Below are positions 10,416-20,778 of a DNA stretch of 64,000 nt, one piece after another (the first letter of the stretch is position 1; each line of letters opens with the position of its first letter). Origin of the DNA: Tetramitus jugosus (taxonomy: Eukaryota > Protista > Heterolobosea). The position numbers were made by a program, and so were the translations under genes. The notes under the pieces are model-generated. The model was not told where the DNA came from, searched no databases, and was given only the letters and a program-made list of their open reading frames with translations. The stretch covers positions 124,001 through 188,000 of the forward strand of contig OW569368.1 of assembly GCA_937625935.1 (NCBI GenBank). The letters run 5' to 3'.

Positions 10416-13400
10416 TTATAAATTTATGTTATTGTAAACATAAGTTTGGTCCTTGATTTGTTTTACAATCCCGGAAATGTCATCATTTGGAGGAATTTGT
10501 TGCATAATAGATGTACCCTCTTGAGTCTCAGCATCATTTGATCGCCAAGTTTGGTAGTATTCTGAGAGCTTGAGGATATTAGTTATTGTCAATTGTTTAG
10601 GTGAGTTTGCATCGGTCTGATATTTCTCAATCGTAGACTCGGACAACTCCTGAATTGATTGCTGAGGTACAAATTGTTGCCAGCATCGCAAAAGCTCAAC
10701 CAAATATGAGAATGTACTCCTGTATAACCAATCTTGCTTATCATCCGAAGATTCAGTCAATAAAACTTGGAGCAGCTTCTGAATTGCCAACAATACAGAC
10801 TCCTGGATTTCGTGAATAGATGATTTCGATATGGAGGAATCTCCCGACTCAAAGGCCGATAGACTGCGTGCGAGTACCGCTTCTAAACCACCCCGAATCA
10901 TTTCCCATCCAGTCACATTCTTCAAGAAAACGTGTTGATTTTCTTGACCGTGCTGGAATAACCAGGATATCACACTCTGAAGAGCAAGTAACGACTTGCC
11001 ATATGCCAAGAACTTCTGTAAAATGACGGAGCAGAACTGTGGCGACTCTTTCCAAAATTCCCAGATACTTCTGACTATGATGTACTGAGTTGTGATACTG
11101 GTCCTCGAGTTGTCACTCTCTGCATCTGACATTTCTGTCTTTTCGGTGGATAAATCAATAATTACTGATCCATAGATATCAAGATAATTCTGAATTTGAG
11201 TAATTGATTTAGAGCTCATTAACAGCAAAGATTGCATGAGCATCTCTGTAATATCTGCACGACTCTTTCCACTCTCCAATAGATTAGCTACAATCTTTGA
11301 CATCTCATTAGCTGCAATGCTTTCCTTGAAGGCATTCAATATATCTTGAACATCCTTCTTGGTACTTGCTTCTATATTCGTGTTTTCCTCGGAGAACTTG
11401 AAAGATGGAACAGCATTAGGAGGAACCAAATCTCGTAAGAAATCATAAGGTTTCATGTCATTCGCATTTTCAGCTCCACCAGATTTGTTATGTATGCATC
11501 GGTTTACATCTGTTATGCTGGACATTCTATAAAGCTTATTTAAAGTTTGACGAACAAATGTGCGGCGAAGTTGCATTGGGTACGATAGAGTTGTAGATTC
11601 ATCTATCGATAGATACTGATTCCATGCCTCCCAGTCCCAAGTAAAGTTACTAATGAATAAATAGTATGCAAAGAATGCAGCAAATCTATTCGTCACACAC
11701 TCAATATCCATGCTAGGCAGAAGATCGAAACACTTTTGAATGAATAGATCAAATATTGTTTTGTTTCTTGTGCCAATAACATTATCCGTTTCTGTACTAA
11801 TTAACTCAGAAACAAGAGCGCAATAATATTGAATCTTTGTTGGTGATGATGGAAGAATGAACATATGGCCCAGAATGGAATCAGCTAGTAAACACACAGT
11901 TATTATCTGTGCTTTCTTTTGTACTTCGTCATCAGGAGTGTCGAGATTTTTAGATTTGATACATTTGACAATCAAATCCTGTACAACCTTTTGAACGTTC
12001 AAGCGTTGAGTACTCAAAATGTTCACATGTAAATGATCACTGACAAGTTCGTTAATAATGGTCCGATCTAAATATGATGGCAAATCTTCTCTCGTTATAT
12101 TGGCTGATGGAATATCTCCTGAGAGAGCAATCTGCTCAAAAACGCCCAAATGTCCACCATACACCTTTGAACAAGGCATCTCAGGCAAGCTATAGTCACA
12201 CTTGAACACTTGCAGTTGATTGTCTGACAATTGAGATTCAAACATCTTCGAATATGACGAATATGCAATAATATCGGGTATGGAGAAAGAGTCTTCTTCT
12301 TCATAGTTGCTCATTGAAATGTCTTCCTCTTCATCAATCTCGGGTAAAGTTTTTCCAGAGAGCGCCTCCCATATGATTTCCAGATAATCCTTTCTGTATT
12401 CGCTCGAGCTCATCTCCTCACTTGATAGCTGAGACTCATCCTCTTCCCAAAACACATGCGAGAAACATAGGTTGTTACGTTTGTACAAATATTTTGCCCT
12501 AATATACATATAGTTGCCAATCTTATTCAACATTTGAGTCACCTCTGATGCATGCGTGATGTTCAACTTTGTAAATCCATAAGGAATGGAACCAATAATA
12601 ACATGAACAAAATTGTCAGTGATCAAATCACACGAACTCGAATCTAATGCCTTTTGCACTTGAGTGATGAGTGGTTCATACAAATGAAAAATGTCGTCTG
12701 CCTCAATCACATTAGAATTCATGAGCTCACATGCAAATCTTGTCAACACTTTGCATCGTCTCCAATCGCACTTGGAAACTGCTTTTACATATCGATCGCG
12801 CAAATTTGTCAGCAGTAACTTCACAAATGACTTTCTGCGTGCTGCAATTAAGCCAGCCACAGTTCCATAGACTGACACCTTTCCAGGAATGTTGCACACG
12901 CAGTCCAAGATAACAGACACGATATCGGAAATGATTTGACCACTCGCTGGAGCAGCAATAGGTTGTTGTTCGTCCTTCATCATTGGTTCCTCACCATTTT
13001 CTGGCTGATCTACGGCTATATCATCGATCAATGCCTGTGATAGCTGAGTAATATGCTTTTCATATGCTCCCTTATCTCCAATACTCATAAACAACTGTCT
13101 AATACGTCCCATATATGTATTCTTCTCCTCAGAGTCAGAATTGGACTCGTCATTGTATCTGCCACGCTTCGATCCACTAAATGCTCCTCCTCTCCACTGA
13201 GATGAAGCACCACTACCTCTTCCTCTACCACCTCTACCACCACGGCCTCTATATCCACCTCCAGGAGACATCATGGAAGGTGGTCCACCTCTCCACGAGG
13301 ATGAAAAACCACCTCTGCCTCCTCGATAGGAAGGTCCGCCTCCTCGATAAGAACCACCACCTCTGCCTCCTCGATACGATGATGCTCCACTCTCATAATA

Positions 13401-13769
13401 TGGTTCATCATAATGATAAGGTGGGTATCCACCAATGGGTGCACCGTCTCTGCTTCTCTTGACAGGTGCAGTCGCGTGTGGATGTTGACCTCTGTGTTGC
13501 CAATGACCTTCTTGATGTGATGACGATGATGACAACGAAGAAGGAACAGCAGCAGTCGATGGTTGGTGTGATGATGATAATGATGATGAATGCTGCTGTT
13601 GTTGTTGTTGTTGATCTTGTAAATCTTTTTGACGTCTTCTGTTGCGAATATAGTCCAAATTGTCATCATCCTCAGAGCTATTTTCACCAGAGCTCTCTGA
13701 ATCAGCTTTTCTTCTTCTGCGAGAAAATTTGTCGTCTCCGCCACTGTCACTGTGTGAATCGTACATCAT
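10416..13769 (-). CDS. NCBP1: Nuclear cap-binding protein subunit 1 (CBP80) with an RGG-rich N-terminal extension
   Basis: MIF4G-like IPGKVSVYGTVAGLI, RFAAFFAYYLFISNFTWDWEAW, SKSITQ and IWEFWKESPQF match CBP80 signatures. Confidence 0.85.
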   Translation of the reverse strand: MMYDSHSDSGGDDKFSRRRRKADSESSGENSSEDDDNLDYIRNRRRQKDLQDQQQQQQQHSSSLSSSHQPSTAAVPSSLSSSSSHQEGHWQHRGQHPHATAPVKRSRDGAPIGGYPPYHYDEPYYESGASSYRGGRGGGSYRGGGPSYRGGRGGFSSSWRGGPPSMMSPGGGYRGRGGRGGRGRGSGASSQWRGGAFSGSKRGRYNDESNSDSEEKNTYMGRIRQLFMSIGDKGAYEKHITQLSQALIDDIAVDQPENGEEPMMKDEQQPIAAPASGQIISDIVSVILDCVCNIPGKVSVYGTVAGLIAARRKSFVKLLLTNLRDRYVKAVSKCDWRRCKVLTRFACELMNSNVIEADDIFHLYEPLITQVQKALDSSSCDLITDNFVHVIIGSIPYGFTKLNITHASEVTQMLNKIGNYMYIRAKYLYKRNNLCFSHVFWEEDESQLSSEEMSSSEYRKDYLEIIWEALSGKTLPEIDEEEDISMSNYEEEDSFSIPDIIAYSSYSKMFESQLSDNQLQVFKCDYSLPEMPCSKVYGGHLGVFEQIALSGDIPSANITREDLPSYLDRTIINELVSDHLHVNILSTQRLNVQKVVQDLIVKCIKSKNLDTPDDEVQKKAQIITVCLLADSILGHMFILPSSPTKIQYYCALVSELISTETDNVIGTRNKTIFDLFIQKCFDLLPSMDIECVTNRFAAFFAYYLFISNFTWDWEAWNQYLSIDESTTLSYPMQLRRTFVRQTLNKLYRMSSITDVNRCIHNKSGGAENANDMKPYDFLRDLVPPNAVPSFKFSEENTNIEASTKKDVQDILNAFKESIAANEMSKIVANLLESGKSRADITEMLMQSLLLMSSKSITQIQNYLDIYGSVIIDLSTEKTEMSDAESDNSRTSITTQYIIVRSIWEFWKESPQFCSVILQKFLAYGKSLLALQSVISWLFQHGQENQHVFLKNVTGWEMIRGGLEAVLARSLSAFESGDSSISKSSIHEIQESVLLAIQKLLQVLLTESSDDKQDWLYRSTFSYLVELLRCWQQFVPQQSIQELSESTIEKYQTDANSPKQLTITNILKLSEYYQTWRSNDAETQEGTSIMQQIPPNDDISGIVKQIKDQTYVYNNINL

Positions 13770-13928
13770 TTTGATTTTTGTGTTTAATTTTCACAGCACC
13801 GTGTTGAAGCTGTTTTTTTTTAGGTTTTATGCTGATTTTGTAAGTTGAAACGAATTTTTGCTTCAATCAATTGAGTGAAGCATGCACACACGAAACGAAA
13901 CAAAAATCAAATAACGTTTTCACAAATC

Positions 13929-15470
13929 ATGAGTGTGTTGATAGAGACGTCTCTGGGTGATATTGTTGTTGATCTGTACTATGAACAATGCCCCAAGGCC
14001 TACCAAAATTTTATCTCTCTATGTCGCATCAAATACTACAACAATTGTCTGTTTTTCAACATTCAAAAGAATTTTATCGCACAGACGGGCGATCCGACAA
14101 ATACGGGTCAAGGAGGACACTCCATCTTTCATTTACTGTCTTCTCAATCGAAATCGAGCAAACTTGGTACCAAAGAAGTTTACTTTGAAGATGAAATTCA
14201 TCTGAGTATGAAACATAACAGAAAAGGATTGTTGTGCATGGCAAATCAAGGACGACCCAACACCAATTCCTCTCAATTTTTCTTTACGACGACTGATAGA
14301 CATTTGGATTATTTGGATCAGAAGCATACGATATTTGGTGAAGTAGCAGAGGGAATGGATGTTTTAGAAGCGATAAATAATGCTTATACGGACAAGGATG
14401 GAAAACCGTATCAAGTCATTCGTATAAAGCACACGTATGTGTTGTATGATGCCGTGGAAGAAGAAGAAGATCAATCGTCACTGATTGATTTGTCACAATT
14501 GCGAAGATTGATACCTCCGCAGTCACCAGAGTTGACTCATCACTCTGTGTACGAACAAATGGGTTATTTGATACCGGAGGAGGGAACAGAAACGACTCAA
14601 GCTAAGAAAGAATCGAAAGAGGAGAGAACAAAAGAGGAAATTGACGAAGAAATTAAACAGAGAGAAGGAAAATCACGGGCACTTGTTCTAGAGATGATTG
14701 GCGATTTGCCAAGTGCAGAGATGAAACCGCCAGAGAATGTGCTATTTGTTTGTAAATTAAATCCGACGACAACAGACTCTGATCTAGCTGTGATATTCAG
14801 TCGATTCGGTGAGGTGCTGAGCTGTGAGATTATTAAGGATCATAAGACGGGCGAATCACTGTGCTACGGTTTTGTCGAGATGAGTGATGTAGAGGCATGT
14901 GAACGAGCGTTTGTCAAAATGCAAAACGTAGTCGTTGATGATCGAAGAATCCACGTAGATTTCAGTCAATCCGTTGCCAAGCTTTGGAACAAGCATTACA
15001 CAACGGGACACAAGAAGAAAAAGTCACACGACCATAGACCATCGAGAGATTATCGTGATAGCTCCTCAAGAGGATCACACGCACCATCGCACTACTCTCA
15101 TCCCGACAGACATCACAACCGATCCCAAGATAACAGAAGAGACTATAGTCACCGCAATGAAGATCGCTATCGCGACGAATCGAACCGCAGAAGTTATCAC
15201 AGAGAAGATCGCTCCAGAGAACATGGTTCAGATTATAGGAGAAGAGACTACGATAGACATGAAACAAGTCGCAGCAGGGATTACGATAGCAAGAAACGGC
15301 CAAGATCTGAATACGACGATCGACAAGACGGTGGATATCGAGACTCAAAGCGACATTATCCCTCCGACGATCGTCATCGACGGCATCCATCAGAGGATAA
15401 GCAACAAAGCCTAGATAGAGATAATCGTTCATATAACCACCGAAAGAACGAGAGAGATCAACACCGGTAA
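13929..15470 (+). CDS. PPIL4: Cyclophilin-RRM protein (PPIL4/CYP59)
   Basis: MSVLIETSLGDIVVDL, QTGDPT, NSSQFF, PPENVLFVCKLNP RRM, DDRRIHVDFSQSV and an R/D/S-rich tail. Confidence 0.95.
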   Translation: MSVLIETSLGDIVVDLYYEQCPKAYQNFISLCRIKYYNNCLFFNIQKNFIAQTGDPTNTGQGGHSIFHLLSSQSKSSKLGTKEVYFEDEIHLSMKHNRKGLLCMANQGRPNTNSSQFFFTTTDRHLDYLDQKHTIFGEVAEGMDVLEAINNAYTDKDGKPYQVIRIKHTYVLYDAVEEEEDQSSLIDLSQLRRLIPPQSPELTHHSVYEQMGYLIPEEGTETTQAKKESKEERTKEEIDEEIKQREGKSRALVLEMIGDLPSAEMKPPENVLFVCKLNPTTTDSDLAVIFSRFGEVLSCEIIKDHKTGESLCYGFVEMSDVEACERAFVKMQNVVVDDRRIHVDFSQSVAKLWNKHYTTGHKKKKSHDHRPSRDYRDSSSRGSHAPSHYSHPDRHHNRSQDNRRDYSHRNEDRYRDESNRRSYHREDRSREHGSDYRRRDYDRHETSRSRDYDSKKRPRSEYDDRQDGGYRDSKRHYPSDDRHRRHPSEDKQQSLDRDNRSYNHRKNERDQHR

Positions 15471-15786
15471 TATGACCACAATGCGCCATTTCCTATTGTT
15501 CTTCCTTTGTTGCGCTCATCCAGTAAGGTCGATCGACCAGCAAATGGATAAACTTTTTAGCTTTCGGGACATTTTCGCTCATAATAAACACGGGTGTGTG
15601 AACGCGGATTCCGTCAGCCAAAAAATGATCCTTTTTCACACAATTTTTGCCAGAATCCATGAAAGCAAGCAAAACAAACAACAAAAGCCACAGCAAGACA
15701 AAGAACATTATCGCGGTAATCCACACTCAATCACCAACTCAACCAACTCAACCAACTTCAACAACAACAAGAACAACGACAATAGA

Positions 15787-16959
15787 ATGGCTGTGATCAC
15801 CACTTCCACCACCACCACCACCAATCATACTGCGAGTGAACAAGTCTCCTTGGACCACTTTTCTTATTTAATCGAAGAAGAAACAAACACCACCACAAAT
15901 TCCACAAACACCAACAATCACAACAATATCACCAACAACAATAACAACAATCAAAAGACTAGACGGAAGACTTATCATCATCACAATGACAACAATCAAA
16001 AGACAATATTGGCCCATGGAATTGATGAATTGGGTGGTGCCACCAATGCCCACTTTTCTCACACTCAACACATGATTGCAGGTGCAGCAGCTGGAATGGT
16101 AGAACATTCGTTCATGTTCCCCGTGGACACAATCAAAACTCGAATGCAATCGAGTGCTCACACCGCAAGTGACGTTAAAATGTCACAAGTGTTCAAACAG
16201 ATTCGGTCAGAGGGTCCATTTCGATTGTACAGTGGACTTACTGCTGTGTTGGCTGGTGCTATACCCTCTCATGCACTGTACTTTGCCACCTATGAGTTTG
16301 CAAAGGATTGTTTGCATAATGGTAAGGTACCAGTAGCACCTGATCCAATCATTACCGGTGTTTCTGCCATTTTGGCCACCATGGTTCACGATGCCATCTC
16401 TACTCCGTTGGATGTTGTGAAACAGCGTATGCAACTCGATGCGAGCTATCGGAATATGTTTTCATGTTTTACAGATGTGACAAAGAGAGAGGGAATCAAG
16501 GCATTCTTTCTCTCGTATCCAACAACATTGATCATGAATATACCGTACGCACTTGTTCATTTCATTGGTTATGAAACGTTCAAATACATGTTGCACGATG
16601 ATGATCACGACGATCATGATCACCATGATCACTCGGAAGAAGAAGAGGAAAAGGAACGGATAGAGCACATGTGGAAGCATTTTGTAGCGGGAGGAGGTGC
16701 TGGAGCACTCGGTGCTGCAGTGAGCAACCCAGTGGACGTGATGAAAACAAGGTTGCAAACCGCTGGACCATTAGAGTACACGGGAGCACGTGATGTGCTC
16801 ATACGAACATTGAGAGAGGAGGGATTGAGAGGATTCATGCGTGGTTCTGTGCCTAGAATGCTGTACCATACTCCTAGTGCGGCCATCACTTGGACAACTT
16901 ATGAGTACATGAAAGTATTCTTCAAGGATTCAACAACAACATCATCCACTGCAAAATAA
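15787..16959 (+). CDS. Mitochondrial carrier, mitoferrin (MRS3/4-like)
   Basis: Three PxDxxKxR motifs (PVDTIKTR, PLDVVKQR, PVDVMKTR) plus GMVEH..MFP, GAIPSHALYF and SYPTTLIMNIP. The start codon is uncertain. Confidence 0.9.
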   Translation: MAVITTSTTTTTNHTASEQVSLDHFSYLIEEETNTTTNSTNTNNHNNITNNNNNNQKTRRKTYHHHNDNNQKTILAHGIDELGGATNAHFSHTQHMIAGAAAGMVEHSFMFPVDTIKTRMQSSAHTASDVKMSQVFKQIRSEGPFRLYSGLTAVLAGAIPSHALYFATYEFAKDCLHNGKVPVAPDPIITGVSAILATMVHDAISTPLDVVKQRMQLDASYRNMFSCFTDVTKREGIKAFFLSYPTTLIMNIPYALVHFIGYETFKYMLHDDDHDDHDHHDHSEEEEEKERIEHMWKHFVAGGGAGALGAAVSNPVDVMKTRLQTAGPLEYTGARDVLIRTLREEGLRGFMRGSVPRMLYHTPSAAITWTTYEYMKVFFKDSTTTSSTAK

Positions 16960-17337
16960 ATTAAAAAAAATAGAAGAGGCTTGGGTTCAATCATGAGAGA
17001 GTTGTATTGTTGAGAGAAGGAGGCTTTGAGTCCTTCATCAGAACGAGTCAGGCGGACAATTATTTTTCACACCATTTTCGTTCGCAAGATATTTTGCAAA
17101 TAGATGCAATGGAAGAATCTTGTTGAGATTTCTTGTCCGACGCATACATGTCTTCTGGCAACAAAAGTGGATTGTTCTTCTCTTCAAAGACAAAAGCACA
17201 AACTCGAACACACAAACAGTTGTGATTGATTAGAAAACTTGATATCACTCTAAGCGAAACAATATCATCAATCAATCAATACAACAACAACAACAACAAG
17301 CAAGACTATCCACATTCAATTTTTTTAGCTTTGAGAA

Positions 17338-19933
17338 ATGTTTGAGTTTATCAATGTCGCAAAAGACAAATTTGTGTTAAAAACGACGACACAACAAGAC
17401 ATGTATTCAGCCTCAGAGGAGGCCATTCAGATGCACAATGATGCCAATGCAGGAGATGACGAAACGGAAGAGGAACAATTGAGAAAGTGGGACGAAGTTT
17501 TTGCAAAGAATGCCGCAGAAAGTATGTTGAAAATAGGAAGGAGCTAAAGCCAAAGCTTTTTTTTGTTGTATGAAAGCTTTTTGTGCGATTTGCTTGTTAT
17601 TGTAATTTTTTTTTTGTGTGTGCCAACATTTTGAATGAAAGTTAATCGTCATGTTTCTTGAACATTTACGCGGATCCTAAATGATAAAATGATATCATCT
17701 AATTTAATATAGATGACATGTTGACGCACTTGTCACGCATTCCATTGAATGAAAAGGATTTGAGCAATAGCATCAAGAGAGCTGCTGTTTTTATGGCAAA
17801 TTCAAGGCATGAACGTGATATTTATCATCACACTGACTCTACAGCAATCAAGCTCTATTGGATTTATTACAATCGATTTTTGAAATCGTTTTGTTTGCTA
17901 GTCATCCTATGTTTGATGGGATTGGCACTTTTTGAACAACCAGCCACGATTCATATACCTCACGGTATTACACAAGCTCTAGAAATTTTGTTCATTTTGA
18001 TCATTTTGGCCAGAATGTGTCTCTATTTTAGAGTGTATGGTTGGGAGAATTTTAAGATGAATGGTTGGAAGATTGTCAAATTTGTGCTGTTGATCGGTAC
18101 GTTGGTCGACGTTGGATTTCAAATCTTTTTCCCAAGCATGTTTAGAGTGACCAGAGTATTGAGGTGAGTGTCAATTTGTGTTTTTTTTTGCTTTGTTTCT
18201 TGTTCATTTTCTATTGTTTCTATTGGTATTATATTGATTAATGGGTTGAATGAATGGAAAATGACTTACATGTGAATAGACCCTTTTTCCTTGCTGAACA
18301 CATTACTGTTTTGAGAGCGAGAATCTCTCTCATTTTTAGAACCATTTCCAAGATGCCAGAATTCTTGTTTCTCATGATGTTCAACGTTGTGTTCCACTCG
18401 TTGATTGCATACACTGTGTTCTCCAACAATCCAAACGATGGCTACTTTGCCAATCTGTTTGATTCGTTTATTAATATTTTTGTGTTGCAAACAACTGCCA
18501 ATTATCCAGACGTGACGATTCCTGCGGTGACCAAGTGGCCCGTCTCATCTCTCTTTTTCGTTTGGTTCCTCTTGTTGCAACTGTACTTTGTGTTCAATTT
18601 GAACATTGCTACCGTTTTCAACAATTACAAGTCAGAGTTGGACAACAAGAAGGTTGCGAATTATATTCGAAAGAGAGTGGCACTGTTGTCTGCGTTCAGA
18701 ATGTTGGACAATGACAACAAGGGCTATATTGATCTGGAGTCATGGAAGGCATTGTTCAAGGTTTATAGACCAAGATCATCCGACCAGAAAGCACAGGTAA
18801 AGTTTGAACTGGAGGACACTGACGGAACTGGTAGAGTCGGTCTGTGTCAATTCTTCCGCTTGTGTGACGACATTGTTGCCAAGATTCACGCTGCACCAAA
18901 CGCCAGAAGAGCAGCCAAGAGATTCCAATATACACCATTGCTCAACATTGTGACTCACAAGATTTTCAAGACTGGTATCATGATTTTGATTGCTCTCAAT
19001 TGTATCCTCGTTGTACTGCAGTTGGCACTCGAAGATCCAAGAAAGCCAAAGAAGTGGACCAGAGGACTCGAAATTGTCTTTGTTATCCTCTTTACATTGG
19101 AATTGGTGCTCAAGTTGATTGCAAGGGGTCCAATCGGATTCGTGAAGAGAAAGTGGAACTTGTACGACACGTTTGTTGTCGTCATTTCTATCATTGGTTT
19201 AATTCTTCAAGTCACTCAGGTGCCATCATTGAGACCAACCATGCTGATTGCTGGCATGCGATTGTTCCGTATGCTCAAATTCATTCGTTACTTCTCCATT
19301 TCGGATCGATTGAGAATCATTTTGGATACGTTGTTTGAAGTTTTGCCTGCTGCCTCTGCTCAAATTGCTATTGTGTTGATTTGGTACTATTCATATGGTA
19401 TTATTGGAATGGATCTGTATGCTGGTAAGTTGAGCCGTGACAATCCTGCCTTGGCCAACACTGACTACAATGCCCTCAACTTTTACAAGGTGGCAAACTT
19501 TGACAATATTTTGAACGTGTTCCTCACTCAGTATCATTTGACTGTTGTCAATAATTGGCATGTTACCATGAGAGGAGCCATTGCTGTGACGACCAAGTGG
19601 GCCTGCGTCTACTTTATCATCTTTTGGCTCTTTACAGTCATTATTTTCATGAACTTGGTCGTGGCTACCGTTTTGGACATTTTCTCCAATCAGTTCGTTG
19701 CCAAGCAAAAGAAGATGCAAAAGGAGAGATTGCAAAAAGCAGAGGAGGAGAAGCTCAAAGTGCAAGAAGAAAGCGTCAAGAGTAGTCCGTTGACCCAGAG
19801 ACATGACCATGATCAAGACACTCAAGATATTGTTGTTGAATTGAGTGATATCGATTATGCCATGACACTCAGTGAGACTTCCAATATTGCATCGAGTCAC
19901 AGTCAAGACTTCATGCTGTCTCCCGAGGAGTAA
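17338..19933 (+). CDS. Two-pore channel (TPC) with EF-hands; introns 17522-17712 and 18164-18279
   Basis: Two 6-TM repeats with filters QTTANYPDV and LTVVNNW, EF loops DNDNKGYID and DTDGTGRVG. Both GT-AG introns join the three ORFs in frame (RVLRPFFL). Confidence 0.9.
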
Positions 19934-20126
19934 CTCTTGGGCTTTCGAAGAGTTCTGGATGGCTTTCTTTAGCATTACTCCGAGAATCAATCTCTCAAAC
20001 AGGAAGGAACTGCCAATAAACCGATACCAAAATACAACGAATTCGCTTTTTCAAAAATAAATCACGAGAGTGTGAGATAAATGGGTTTCGTTTCGAGGAG
20101 AATGGACAGCAATTGAGCTAGAAAAC

Positions 20127-20747
20127 ATGGATAAGAACACTTCAACAACACCCAGCCAATCTAGCTGTGATGACATCTCGAACCAAGACACCTATAGCTT
20201 TATGCTCAACTTGAATTACAGTGATGAAGAACTTCTAAACTATCAGCAGGTACAATTGGATTCCCTTCATGAACTACCGACCCCAGAGCCATTTTCATTT
20301 CTTTCGCTACTGACTTCGGATGGAGCTGGTTTTCCATCGAGAACAACAAGTACTCAAGATGGTCGAGGGATTGATTTCAACCCTAGTGTGCCAATGATAC
20401 ACCATCATTTTCACCCTAGTAGACCTCCTGCTGTCCATACTCCAGATGGGGATGGGTTCTCTTCTTCTCCCAGTACACCCACTGATTCTTCGAGGTGTTC
20501 AGGGGAAAACACAAATCAGAGTCCAGTACATCAGTCAAGCTCCAGGAGAGGATGGGTTTGGCATCGACAGTCAGAGTACGAGCTCACTCGAAGGGGGTCT
20601 CAACAACAAGATGAACCAAACCAACAGGAGGATAGCGTTGTGCAGAGGAGACTTGTAGAGTCTCGAGAGGTCAGGAAGAAGAAGAACAGACCATATGATA
20701 ACTTGATGACCGTACTAACACCAATAAAGAAATCCAAGCCATCGTAA
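20127..20747 (+). CDS. Hypothetical disordered protein
   Basis: 206-aa ATG ORF filling the intergenic space, with no recognisable domain. Confidence 0.5.
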   Translation: MDKNTSTTPSQSSCDDISNQDTYSFMLNLNYSDEELLNYQQVQLDSLHELPTPEPFSFLSLLTSDGAGFPSRTTSTQDGRGIDFNPSVPMIHHHFHPSRPPAVHTPDGDGFSSSPSTPTDSSRCSGENTNQSPVHQSSSRRGWVWHRQSEYELTRRGSQQQDEPNQQEDSVVQRRLVESREVRKKKNRPYDNLMTVLTPIKKSKPS

Positions 20748-20778
20748 GATAACCACCGTAACTCTTTACAAGCCTCTA

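Noticed and set aside
15472-15786. Upstream in-frame extension of the mitoferrin ORF
   Set aside because: It begins 2 nt after the PPIL4 stop and looks like UTR or promoter sequence; a later ATG is more plausible.
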